DNA of 64,000 nucleotides from Chiloscyllium plagiosum. Lineage: Eukaryota. Each line of letters opens with the position of its first letter. Position 1 is the stretch's first letter. The DNA lies in assembly GCF_004010195.1 (NCBI RefSeq), contig NC_057726.1:69002458-69066457 (forward strand). Reading direction: 5' to 3'. A program made the translations under genes and the position numbers. Below the pieces are notes generated by a model. The model was not told where the DNA came from. It worked only from the letters and a program-made list of their open reading frames with translations, and ran no database searches. Shown here piece after piece: positions 51,301-63,140 of the stretch.

Positions 51301-52751
51301 ATAAAATTAGTTACAAGCTCAACAGATTCAAAAGTATATGCATTAGTTGTTTTTTTAAATATAAGCAAAATGAAGGATTTCAGTTTTCTAGGAAATTAAT
51401 ATAATCTGAATCACAGTGAATTGTTAAACTAACAAAGCAATGGTGAATGGTATGAACTGCAAGGAAGCAGATGGATATGGGAAAAGAACCAGACTCCGAA
51501 ATTGTGTGTTGTTTCCTCCTCTCATCTCACAGAAGGTTTGTTCAGCCCACAAAACTTTAAGTAAAATTCCAGGATTTTGACAAAAATTTGGAGTTACATG
51601 AGGCAGATCAGTAAGTTCAACAGTCACAAATGAAGACAACAGTTGTCACCATAATCAGTGTTGTGAGAATCAGCAAACAATGGATGTCATGCAAGTAGAA
51701 CAAGGAGAATAAGTTGGAATTCATAATACACATGGACAAAGATACCAAAACCATAAAACTGACTAGTGGGCAGAGAGCAGAGACACTCAAAATGTGTTAA
51801 AAGGTTGAGTTAAAAGTCAGTGAATGGAAGTTGAAATGACTGACAATAGATTCTCAGATATAGTGAGCTTTTCATGTATAATAAAAAAAATGAACAGGGC
51901 ACCAAAATGGCACCTACTCACATTTAGGGAGTAATTATCATTAATATGTCCACTGCCATTTTGCAGTGCGCACAGGAAAGTATTGATTGCACAAAATAAA
52001 TGGATATGCATTGATCTTGAATGAAAGTCATCTTCAGCAATTTAGAGACAAGATTTTGTCGACTCCCAGTGGAAGGTAATGCTTTAACTTAAAAGACAAA
52101 GAATCGTGTTATGGAATAAAAATACAATGAGAGATGACTTGTTTTAACCTTGTGTGCGAGGTCATGACTCTAAGTTGTACCACCCAAGTTTAACTAAAAG
52201 GATTTGAGTCAAGAAAGATACCTGACTGTTGCAATGCTAACATTAACAGATTTTCTTTTGTTTCTGGCTGTGAATGTACCTGAGTTTATGTATTAACCAC
52301 CAACTAACTGATAAATCTTTCTTGATGCACTGATCATTGAGACTGCAATTTAGGACTTGCGAAATATGAGCAAGTAGTATGTTAATTCCAAAAGATTTCA
52401 TATTGTTTGATGCAATTATAAAATGTAATGATGTTCTACTTTCAGCATAAGTATCATATTAATAACTAGTTAAACTTAGACCAACATAATGTGATGAACA
52501 ACAGCTTGCAACCAAAATACTTAATTTTTATATTTAATGATCTAAAAACTAATGGAATAATATTGGACTAATAAAATTCTGAATTGGTACAGATGCTGGA
52601 AATGACCGAAGAAAACAACATGGGTTACGCAGCTCTTAATTTGTTTAGTTCAGAAAAAAGACGGACGCACAGGCAACAGGAAGAATGTACACAGTATGCT
52701 GCAATTAAGACAGGCATGGATGGATCGCGAGATTTATCCAAAAAGACTTAA
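39278..52751 (+). CDS. Six-exon non-rearranging VJ-C1-TM immunoglobulin-superfamily receptor with an ITIM-like/ITSM tail (antigen-receptor-like / SIRP-like), 327 aa
   Basis: join(39278-39323,39472-39789,41202-41513,47795-47905,48516-48553,52593-52751) = 984 nt, open frame, all introns GT-AG, phases 1,1,1,1,0. Confidence 0.8.
39472..39789 (+). CDS. Exon 2, Ig V-set domain with a germline-joined J-like strand
   Basis: VSQAP...GASVTVTC...VLWWK...TLQLLDVRLEDAGVYYC...NGTGTRLVV; polypyrimidine tract plus aag| acceptor; A|GTAAGT donor. Confidence 0.95.
39940..41010 (-). mobile_element. Antisense CR1 3' fragment (39940-40750) and V-SINE (~40755-41010) in intron 2
   Basis: ORF 40473-40733 QRDLGVFVH...VVKKAYG...TLVQPHLENCVQL; SINE core on the minus strand. 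Confidence 0.8.
41202..41513 (+). CDS. Exon 3, Ig C1-set domain
   Basis: LVCETVDFYPEGITFNWYKN...GLYRASSTL...YICLVSHSTL (C-x4-FYP, W and Y-x-C-x-V-x-H motifs); acceptor ttacag|, donor CAG|GTAGGA. Confidence 0.95.
41665..45775 (-). mobile_element. Near full-length but decayed antisense CR1 LINE in intron 3, with a nested V-SINE (43432-43720, +) and an L2-like tail (~44060-44240)
   Basis: ORF1 SGNH-esterase motifs PLSNR..VIVIGDSLVKG..MVCCLP (45452-45775) and DGLNLNW (44919-45218); endonuclease EAIRVEIRNK..HYRIPNS (44535-44768); RT and 3' tail toward 41670. Confidence 0.8.
47795..47905 (+). CDS. Exon 4, transmembrane segment
   Basis: GIDINFD-ILAIGCTVGGLVCLVLGAVIG-KRCKARSCK: hydrophobic helix followed by a basic stop-transfer stretch; acceptor cttctag|, donor AAG|GTAGAG. 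Confidence 0.85.
47990..48194. mobile_element. Palindromic Penelope-derived insertion with a hammerhead-like core and an imperfect 17-bp target-site duplication (intron 4)
   Basis: Flanks tagctcctaaactgagt (47973-47989) and tagctcctaacttgagt (48195-48211); CTGATGA-aggg..tcca-GAAAC-GTC at 48067-48094. Confidence 0.7.
48516..48553 (+). CDS. Exon 5, short cytoplasmic exon (GPNQDMARQCEET)
   Basis: Acceptor cacag|, donor ACG|GTAAGT; converts phase 1 to phase 0 as the next exon requires. Confidence 0.7.
52593..52751 (+). CDS. Exon 6, terminal cytoplasmic exon with two tyrosine motifs
   Basis: MLEMTEENNMGYAALNLFSSEKRRTHRQQEECTQYAAIKTGMDGSRDLSKKT*; branch-like ACTAAT at 52567 with the first AG at 52591-52592; too short (52 aa) for the supplied ORF track. 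Confidence 0.8.
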   Translation: MLEMTEENNMGYAALNLFSSEKRRTHRQQEECTQYAAIKTGMDGSRDLSKKT

Positions 52752-53299
52752 AGTCAAATGATTAATCATATTAATGTTAATCCTTGTAGAATCCTGAAGT
52801 GTATTAACTAGAATTCTGGCACGGACTGAACCCAATATCAGCAAAGTATGAGAAACAGTATTGTCTTCCCTTTTATCAATCTGTTAAAGCATGTACTGAT
52901 GAGAATATTGTTGATTCCCTTATAATGTACAGTTACTTGAAACTGAATTCTGTGTATTTCTTTCTCAGTTGACCAAAGCAAGGTAACAAGTATTCTGAAG
53001 AACTGATACTTCAAGGGATCATGTTGTAAACTTGGGTGCAGTGTGATCATATGTTATCCCATTCAGAGAGTGGGCATTAGTTGTTTGTTCAGTATTCTTC
53101 TTTTGTTGTGTTTTATTTACCTTAACAAATCTCATAAATTGCCAGTGTCTTCATTTGATGTAGGACTATATGGAAATTTTAGTTTTCTTCCTTTTGATAT
53201 GTGTACTATAACATAAACATTACATTGGTTTTCAGTATGTCATCACATTTAGCAGGAAGAATTTGGTTATTTAAATATAAAAAATATTGCAGAAAGCTA

Positions 53300-54090
53300 C
53301 AAAACCGAGGGATCTGGGTGTCCTTGACGTACAAATCACAAAAACACGCATATCCAAGTTCAGCAAGTGATAGAGAGTGAAATTAAATATTAGCCTTAAT
53401 TTCAAGAGGAATGGAATATAAACTAAGGAGGTTTTGCAAAAACTAAGGCGGTTTTGCTGAAACTATACAGAGCACTGTTTGGATTACATATGGGATATTG
53501 TAAATAGATGCAGGAATAGTGTGGACGTGATGGGCTGAAGTGCCTTTTGCTGCATTGTGGACTCTGTGACTCTATCTATGGAAAGATATACTGACACTGG
53601 AGGCAGTCCAGGCAAGTTTCAGTACATTGATACCAGGTAGGAGGTCAAGCGCGCAGGAAGCTGTCTTATGGGGAAAGGTTCAATCAATCAGTCTTGTAAT
53701 CAATGGAATTTGGAAAAATGAGAGACAACCTGGTTGAAACATGCAAAATCTTTCAGGACTTGACAGGGTCAATGCAGAAAGATAGTTTTCCTTGTGGGCA
53801 AGTCTGGGGTCAAAGGACATAACCTCAGAATAAGGAGTCACACATTTAAGATGGAGATAAGCAGGAATTTCTTGTCTCGAAGGGTACTGACTCTGTGGGA
53901 TTCTTTACCACAGGGACCTGCTGAGGTGGTTAAGTATATTTAATGTTCAGATGAACGGATTTTTAATTAGTAAAAAGGCAGAAAAATGCACTTGATGATT
54001 TTCAGATCAGCCGTGATGTCACTGAATAGTGGAGCAGACTTGATGGGCTGAATGATCTACTTCTGTTCCTATGTTTTATGGTTTTATAGT
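53300..54090 (+). mobile_element. CR1 LINE 3' fragment
   Basis: RDLGVL trace at 53308; typical CR1 3' UTR and tail. Confidence 0.75.
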
Positions 54091-54676
54091 GCTCTCAGAT
54101 ATAACACTGCAAGCAACAATTTTCATTACATATTGTTATGATGGCTTACTTTAGGTTGTCGACTGAAATTAATAATTGAACTAATGCAAAGTCAGACACA
54201 ATAATTTATAACATAAAACAATGTACAGTGTACTGCAAATTGTTTACAACACAGAAGAAACCATTTAGCCAGAGGTGTCATACATATATTCACTCTACTC
54301 AAGAAATTCCTCCAAGCACAACTTCTCAAAGTTTACCAACAAATGAGTCAAGTACTTTCCTCCTCACCTACTGGTACAGCTTCCTACTTAATGTTCAAAT
54401 ATCTTAACTATCCCATGTGCTAGAAAGAATCACTTTCTATTTGTAATTTGGAAGAAAACAACTTTGCAGTTTTTTTATTGTTAGGGCTGCCTTTTCATAA
54501 TACATTTTAATCCTGAATTCTAATCCTCTAACTTATGGCATCAAAAACAGCTATCATGTCTTTTGTCAGAGTTCCAGCCTGGTGCATATTTCCTGTAAGG
54601 TATGATAAGCGTGGTATCAGACTATTTAAATGTAATACCATTGTCAGTACTTCTTTGAGTTATGTTTCTTTGAGTT

Positions 54677-55392
54677 ATGTATAGTAGTGTGGCTAGTCCT
54701 TTGGGTTGTGGCATGTCCTCATTCCGTTGTCACAAGGACTAGCCACACTACCATACATCAAGAGCATTTCCGAACTGACAACCAGACTACTGCGACCACT
54801 AGGACTCATAACAGCACACAAACCAACAGCCACTCTCAGACAACAACTCATCAGGACGATGGACCCGATACCCAGCATGAGCAAAAGAAATGTAGTGTAC
54901 AAAATCCCATGCAAGGACTGCACAAAACACTACATAGGACAAACAGGAAGACAGCTAATGATCCACATCCATGAACACCAACTAGCCACGAAGCGACACG
55001 ACCAGCTATCCTTAGTAGCCACACACTCAGATGACAAGCAACATGAATTCGACTGTGACAACACTATTATTATAGGACAAGCCAAACAGAGAACAGCCAG
55101 GGAATTCCTAGAGGCATGGCATGCATCCACAGATTCAATCAATAAGCACATCGACCTGGACCCAATATACCGGCCACTGCAGCGGACAGCTGGAACTGAC
55201 AACCGGAAGCAGCAGATACAAATCACTATAAATCCCGGAGGAAACATCACAAAAGCGCTTCACAGGAGGGTCCCAAGCACTGAGGCTGTCACCTAGACAG
55301 GGGACGAAACGTCTGCAACTCAAATTCCCAGTTCGGTGAACAGAACCACAACAACGAGCACCCGAGCTACAAATCTTCTCACAAACTTTGAA
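54677..55392 (+). mobile_element. 5'-truncated Penelope element encoding a GIY-YIG endonuclease, with 5' inversion and a terminal hammerhead-like motif
   Basis: ORF 54706-55296 NVVYKIPCKDCTKHYIGQTGRQL..IHEHQ..H.FD..R..LEAWH; 25-bp inverted repeat 54677-54701/54734-54758; CTGAGGC-TGTC..GAC-GAAACGTC at ~55280-55313. Confidence 0.9.
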
Positions 55393-55419
55393 TTATAGGA
55401 ACTAGCCTTAAACCTGTTT

Positions 55420-56975
55420 GATTCAGTCAACATGATTTCAACAAACAGCTGAAGGCACTAGAAAATTACAAGGGCGATGGGCCCTCATGATACTCCAGAA
55501 TTAATACTGAAAGTTCCCGCTCTTCAAATTGGCACAACATTCTCAAGCTGTTCCAGTACAGCTGTAGTTCTTGTTTCTACACAGCAATGCAGAAAATTGT
55601 TAAATATGTCCTGGACACAAACACAGAATAAATCCAATTCAACCAATTCATGCCCCATGTGTTGGTCAAAAATCCTTAGGTGCCGTTCAGAAGGTGATGG
55701 TGAGCTGGCTTTTTGAATAGCAACAGTCCACCTTAAGGAGGGAATTCAAGGATTTTGACCCAGTGACAGTAAAGGAACAGCAATATATTTCCAAATCAGA
55801 AAGGCGAGTGGCTTGAAGGGAAACTTGCAAGTGGTAGCGTTCCCATGTTTCTTGTGCGGTTTTCCTTCTAGATAAAAGTTGTCATGCGTTTGGAAGATGC
55901 TGCCTAAGGACCTTTGGTAAATTTCTGCAGTGTATCTTGTAGAAAGTATATACACGATACCGTCACTTGGTGGTGGAGGGAGTGGATGCTTGAGGGTGTG
56001 GTGCCAATCAAGGAAGATGTGTTTCACTGGATGGTGTCGAGCTTTCTGAGTGCTGTTGGTGCTGCACCCATATAGGCATGTGTAGGAGCATTTTGTCACA
56101 CACCAGATTTGTGTTCTGTAAGTAATAGCCAGGCTTTGGAGAGTCAGGAGGTGAGTTACTCACTCCATTATTGTGAAACTCTAACCTGCTCTTTTAGCCA
56201 CTGTGTTTCGGGGTGGTAGTTAAATAGTCTTTTCTCGTAGACAATCATTTGTGCAGCACAAATGTTAACTGTCATTTGTCAGCCCAAGCCTGGATCGTGT
56301 GCAGATCCCGTTGCATTTGAACATGGCATAATAGATTTCCTACATTGTGCAGGTGTCTGCACTGACCCTTTGAAGAGCATCCCACTTGGACCCAGCACCC
56401 CCACCCTATTCCTTTAACTCTACATTTCCACCTAGCCTTCACATCCCTGGACACTACAGGGAAATTTAGCATGGCCAATTCACCTAACATGCACAACTTT
56501 GGACTGTGGTAGGAAAGCGGAGCACCTGGTAGAAACCCACACAGAGAACAAGCACACTCCACGCAGACAGCCACCCAAGACTGGAATCAAACTCAGGTTC
56601 CTGGTACCGTGAGTCCCTGAACCATTGCGCTGCCTCTAGTAGTGTTTCAGTTTCAGAAGAGTTGTGAATGGTACTGAATATTGTGCAATGGTTGGCAAAC
56701 TTCCCACTTCCGATCTTATGATGGAGGAGAGGTCATTTATGAACCCCAGCTGAAGGTGGTTGGGCCTAGGACACTACCCTGAGGAAATCCTGCAGATATG
56801 TCCTGGGGCTGAGATGACTGACCTTCAACAACCATAACCATCTTTGTATGTGCCTAGGCTGACTCCAACCAGCAGAGAGTTCTTCCCAATACCTATTGGT
56901 TCCAGATTTGCTCGGGATTCTTGACACCACACTCAGTTACATGGGGCCTTGTTGTCAACAGCTGTCACTCTCATG
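55420..56975. mobile_element. L2/CR1-group LINE fragments in both orientations with a nested V-SINE (56331-56635, -)
   Basis: MGPHDTPELILKVPA (ORF 55477-55716); minus-strand 3' LINE sequence as at 15050-16035. Confidence 0.7.
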
Positions 56976-57497
56976 TCATTCTAATCATCAATTGATAATT
57001 AATAGTCTTTCACTATTTCTTCATTACTTTGTTGGCTGAGGATTCCATTATCTATTCTAGAGTTGATATCACTTTTATTACTCTATCGGTAAGCACATTC
57101 TCTGATGTTTGTTCTCTCTTCCTCTCTCCAGTTTAATAATATCCTACCTCGAGCAATGTAACCAAAACTGAACACAATACTTCAAGTGCAGCCTCACTGA
57201 CATCCTGTACAACTGCAACATAACTTCCCAACTTCTATATTAAATGCCCTGACTAATGAAAGCTAGTGTGCCAAAAGCCTTTTTCACTGCCCTGTTTTCC
57301 TGTGACTGTACTTTCAGAGAACCACGCACGTGAACTGTAAGATCCCTCTGTTCCCCTATGCTCCTTAAGGCCTACCACGAAACTCCTACCTTGATTTTAC
57401 TTTCCAAAATGCAAGACATCACACTTATCGATATTAAACTCCATTTGCCATTTCTCATCCCACTTCCCCATTGATCAAGTTTCTATCTATTTCTATA

Positions 57498-57671
57498 CAG
57501 AGGAACCTTGATTATCCGAAGGACACGGATGGGGAGTATTTCATTCAGTTAATCGAATTCCGGATAATCAAATGCCGAATTATATAGTTTAGCCAAGCAT
57601 CGGAACCTTGTGTTCTTGCCAGATAGTCCTATATTCAGATAATCAAATGCCAGATAATTGAGGTTCCTTTG
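57498..57671. mobile_element. Tc1/mariner (Tigger/pogo-type) MITE
   Basis: TA|CAGAGGAACCTTGATTATC ... GATAATTGAGGTTCCTTTG terminal inverted repeats, 174 bp. Confidence 0.75.
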
Positions 57672-57674
57672 CAC

Positions 57675-59270
57675 CTCTCTACGTCTGTCTCTCTCTGTGA
57701 ATCGTTTCCTGTCTTCTCTATATGTCAATTCCTATTTCGAATTCTCTCTGCCTCTCCCTCTCTCTGTCATATTCATAATTTGCCATGTTCTTTCCCAGTT
57801 TCTTTGTCACTCTTGCTTAGTCGTGATGTCTAAATCTCTTTTTGCCCGTCCCTGTCTTTGTCTTTCTGATTACTTCATGATCTTGAACTCTCTACTGCTC
57901 TCTCTCCTCTGCTGGTCATTCTTGTGTTCTTTCTCTGTGCCTTTCTCCCTTGGTCTCTGTCTTACTATCTCCCTATTATTATCTCTTTCTATTTCTCAAT
58001 CTCTGTCTCTGTCCCTTTGACTCTCTGTCTCTGCCTCTCTGTCCATCTCTGTGTGGCTCTTTCTCACGATATTCGGCTGGTCCTCTATCTCACACTCTCT
58101 TGCTGTAATTCTCTTTATCTGTCATTCTCTCTGTCTGTCTATCTCTTTCTTGCTTTCTTTACCCCTCTATTTCTATATCTCTCTGTTTCTGCCTGTGTCT
58201 TTTTGTCTCAATCTGTGTCTCTCATCCCATGTGTCATTCTCTCAATTTCTCAATCTGTCATTTCTTGGTTGGTCTCCCCATGAAGCTCTCTCTGTTTCTT
58301 ACTATCTCTCTCTCTATCTCTATCAACTGTTCTAACAGTATTGCTGTTTTTCTCTCTCTATCTCTATCAGTCTCTCTAACAATATTCCTGTTTTTCTCTC
58401 TCTCTGTCAGTCTTTCTGACATTGTCTCTGTTTCTCTGTCTGTCTCCCTCTCTCTCTCTCACTTTTATTTTGTTTCTTTGTGTCACTCCATTTCTCCTTC
58501 TGTGTCTCCACATTTTCTCTCTCGCCTTGCACTCCCTGTCCCTGAACCTCTCACTGTATCAATGTCTATCTGTTGGTCCCTCTGATTGTCTCTCTGTCAC
58601 TATCATTGCATCTCTATATCTGTTTGCCACTCTGTCTGTATCTCTCTGTCCATCTTTGTCGGCATAAATCTCTGTCCCTGCATCTATCTGCGTCAATTGT
58701 TATTTCTGTATTTCTTTCTTTCAGTCTCCCTGTAATTCTCTTTCTACCTTTCTCTGTCCATCTATGTCGCTTTCCAGGGCTCTCTTTGTATTTCTGTCTG
58801 TGTGTCTCTCTCTGCCTAGAGTTAGAAATCATTCTGTTTCTAACCCCCTCTGCATTGTTCAGTACTCCTCTATTTTTGCCCTCACTGGATCTCTCACCCC
58901 TTGAGAGTCTCTCTCTGCCTCTCAATCTCTATTTCTGTCTGTTTCTTTGTAACTCTGCTTTGTTTATCACTTTGTTGTTCTGTTTCTGTCTCTCCCAATC
59001 TCTCTCTGGAGCTAGCTTACATTCTCGTCTCTTGCTCCTCTTCTCTTAGTGTTGTTGTCTTTTGTGTCTGTCTCCTTGATTCTGTCTCTCCACCTGTGTA
59101 GCTCTCTGTCTTTCCCTATTACTCACTTTCTCTGTCGTTTATTCTCTCCCTCTATTCCACTGTGTTTGTCCCTTGTGTTCTGTGCCTCCATTGCACTCTT
59201 TGTTGATTTGTGACTCTACCTCTTTGTTTCTTTGCCATGTGCTCTGTGCCTCTCAGCTCATGCACTGTCT
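57675..59270. repeat. Degenerate CT-rich low-complexity tract
   Basis: About 1.6 kb of decayed (CT)/(CTGT) repeats. Confidence 0.9.
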
Positions 59271-59599
59271 CTTATTAACTTCATTAAACTCCATCAAAAC
59301 AACTGTAAGTTCAAGCCCTGAAACTTCTCAAAAATAAGCAATGAGAACCTTCCATATTACATTTTTACAGCATGACTCAAGGATTAAGTTTCAAACTGAT
59401 GTGGGGCCAACACAAAGTCAATGTCTGTTTCTGCTGAATAAATTGCATCATTGAATATTTCTGTTGAAATGCATTCTGTTTCTTCACAGATATCAGTGTG
59501 AATGACTTCTGAACTTGCAGAGGTTGTCAGCTCAGCTTTCAATTTGTCAACATTCTCATGTCTATTCAACTTTTATGCCTTTCTTCAATTAGATTTCGA

Positions 59600-60450
59600 A
59601 AATGATACCACAATATTAATGTTCATGAGAAACTTGCAATAAAATCCAATTATGTTATCTTCTCACAATTTTCCATTTAGTCTGAGACATGAGAAAATCT
59701 AAAACAAGTTTCCCACTCTTTGGATGCTACTTGGCATTGCCCCACTATGAGATCCCAGTAAGTCACTTTTCCTTTGGAAAATTCCCTTTTGGCTATATTT
59801 ATAGCCAAATCAGCTTTGTAATTGATCAGTCTGGTCAAGTGGTTGCAAATATTTTTTCCAGGTTGTTTGATCACAACAAGTTGCCAATGTAAACTATACT
59901 GTTAAACTGTCGCTGAGAGACTTTGTCCATTAATTGTTGCAACATACTGGAACATTTCTGATCCTAGGTGGCATGATTTTTAATCCAATATTGCAAATGC
60001 TGATACTTCTCTCTTTGTACCAGGTCATGGAACTTGCCAATATCCTTTAAATAATTCAATTTTGATGAAGAATTGTTCATGTTAAATTCTTTCAATTCAG
60101 TCTTCCAAATTTGGTATATGTTATGAGTTAGCTTTCTCTTTACTGCATTGCCATTGCGATAATTCAGAATCTTTCCAGCCAATCTGACATCTGCATCATC
60201 ACAATACATGAGCTCCAGCTTCTATGACTGGCTCAGTCATGTCATTGTTGATTAGGAACATAATCTATTCTCTTGTCTGGGCTGAATTTCTTGGGATTCA
60301 TACTGAAAGGATGTTGCTTTAAATGTAACATACCCCTTAAATCAGGTTCTTGGTAAAATATATGCGTGTTTCCTGACCTATTCATATAACTCAATTTCTA
60401 AGCCTGTACGAGCCTTTGTAATTCATTCTGTTAGTGATCCCAAGGAGATA
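59600..60450 (-). mobile_element. Highly decayed Gypsy pol (RT) remnant
   Basis: ADLAINIAKREFSKGKVTYWDLIVGQCQV (ORF 59677-59874) and KQHPFSMNP near 60295-60325 resemble Gypsy RT motifs. Confidence 0.55.
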
Positions 60451-62967
60451 ATATCATGTTACCAGATTTTTGGTGATCATTGATATTATCCAGTTTAATT
60501 GCTGGTGGATAAAGTTGTGCATTTGCAATTTTGACTCATTCTCCAACGCCACGGTAGTTTCATTTCATGCCTCTCAATCGAAACATTTATATCCTGACAA
60601 TCCCCTTCCCATGATATCACTTTAATACATTGATATTTGCTGTCTTGTCTGTCATAGTCTCTATATTATTAACATCATCCAGCTCCTTTTTGATGTGTAA
60701 GATCCAATGAACCTTACTCTCAATAATTTCTCAGAGAGAAGAAACAATACTAACAATTTGTGTCTTGCAACAAAACTTCACATTTTGACATAATTAACTG
60801 CCAAAGAGATCTTTGAGCACTCTTCAAAAACTTTTTCTTTAATTCAAGTGCTTTTGCACTCTCTGAAACTTCAAACATAGCCTGGAAATGTAAATGCTTC
60901 ACTTTTATTAAAGAAACATACAATAACACTCAGGTATTTAGTATGATGGGATTTCTGAGGAGGCTGTTTATTTTAATCCCCTCAATTCAGTATCAGCTTT
61001 TTGCATTTCTGTTACTGAAGTTAGAATAAACATGGCAACCTTTAAACAATTTATTTTAGTTTTCGACAGTTGTGCTGGACAAGTGAATTTCCTAATCAGT
61101 GGTTTATTTCAAAGATTCTTGTCTAATTTTGCGGGCCTCTGACCTAGTTGAAATCCAAGATATACCTCCTGTAATGTCTTATTTGTGAAGATGGTGGCAG
61201 TGGAGTAGGCAGTGTCCAGGCTCCTGTGCCTGGGCTTGTCCTTTTCAGCCACTTATTTTCTTTATCTTTTTCCTTTTTGCCTTTTTCTTTTCTCAGTTTT
61301 ATTTAGTTTTCACTCAAATGTACTTGATGAAGATAGCTCAAACATACTTGATGAAGAGAGCTGTTCAGTAGGAAGGCGGCTTCAATGGTGTCTGGAGTGG
61401 TGGCAGCATCTTCAGAGGCAGTGTGGCTACACAGTCAGTCGGCCTGTGAAGTCTGGAGCTGGACACTTGTTTCTGCATGTAGTGGGTCCCTGGTGGTGCC
61501 ATGGTATGGGTTGGTGCAGCCTGGAGTGGGACTTTGGAGATTGCTTGGAATGGGCTGAGAAGCTTGGGGCGGGACTCTGGTGGGCGCATGGCATGGGCTT
61601 GGAAGTCTGGAGCAGGATTGCAACAGCAGTATGGTGTAGACTGTGAAATCCAGAGTGGCAGCAACATAAAGTGGGCTGTGAAGCCCTGAGTGGGACTGTC
61701 GCAGTGCAGAAGGAAATGTTGGACTCAAAGTTATCTTTCTTTATTTTCATTTTCTTAAAGTTAATGAAATGGCACCTATGCATGGCGACAGTACACACTA
61801 TTCACTGTATTTTATATTGAATGCACTTGACAATAAGTGATTCAATGACTAAACGCTATATTTTGCGAGACCACTGTTGAAAAGGTCACTATTTTTCAAA
61901 AAGCCAGGTAACTTTTTTCAGCTAATATTGTTTCCTTCCATAGGGATTTCATTCAAAAGTCAATAACAATGTCTCCAATTATTAAGTCATTCATTTCCAT
62001 TCCAGCTTGAATGCGCGATTTATTCTTCAAACAGCTATTTGTTCTTAACTTCTTCAGTCTAAGTTTCTTTCTGTCCAATTCAGGTTACCCAATTGCACTA
62101 CCCTTTTGTATTTTTAATTTTTTAAATGCCTTCTCTTTTTTCATTATATTTTATTTTTTCTACCTTTGCTTTACATTGCTCTCTGCTGTCTTCATTTTTT
62201 CCCCAACTCAAGCATTCTTCTTGCCCATTCTCTTTTACTTTCTACCTCCTGTCTTTCAATTGCTATTAGCTTTTCATTCTCTTCCATTTTAAACCTTCTC
62301 AATCACTTTCTGCCTTGCTTCTCTCAAACTCAAATCTTCTTTTCTTTAAAATAACTATTCTCATGGTGTTTTAGTTTTGGCCATGACATCTGAATTTTAG
62401 TTTTCCTCACTTGGAGACCAGTATAAGTCATAGCTGACTAGGAATTGGACCAAGATCCTTGAGGGGAGGTTTGTTAATTCTTCTGCAGTGGATCTCATTT
62501 GGACTGGAAAGTTGGTGGCAGTTCAGAGGGGAGGGAAGATGAGAATGAATTAAAAGCTAATGCATGTAAAAGTAATAAAAAGCTAAAAAGATCAATTGAT
62601 AAGTTTAACAAGGCTAAATGTTTTAACCAGTAATTTAAATATTTAATGAGAGAAGGCTGAGCAGTACCTCACTAGTTGAATGTAACCAACAAGTGCAATT
62701 CCTTCAATGTGATTCTTGCAGATCAGGATGCGAAGAGTGACAACTCTTGGGCAGTAATTTTAAGGAAATGTAGCAATGAATAAGTATGAATTATATTGTT
62801 TAACATGTTAAACTGCTGAGAATGACATCAAAATATAACGCATTGATATTATTTTAATTGAAATTGTTGGACAGGACATACTTATAGATGATTATGGTGT
62901 TGCCCGGGGGAAATTTTCTATTGGCATGATTCTGAATTGACCAGTTTCTTGATGAGTCTGTGCACTG

Positions 62968-63140
62968 ATTAGATTAAATTAGTTTCAATACAATGTAGAA
63001 GCAGGCCCTTCGGCCCAACAAATCCACACCAACCCTGTGAAGAGTAACCCACCCAGACCCATTTCTCCCTGAATGATGCACCTAACACTATGGGCAATTT
63101 ACGCAGACACGGGGAGAATGTGCAAACTCCACACAGACAA
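62968..63140 (-). mobile_element. Internally deleted V-SINE
   Basis: SINE tail and V-core on the minus strand. Confidence 0.7.

Noticed and set aside
57658-59101. Many Leu/Ser/Cys-rich ORFs resembling membrane proteins
   Set aside because: Artefacts of the CT-rich low-complexity tract.
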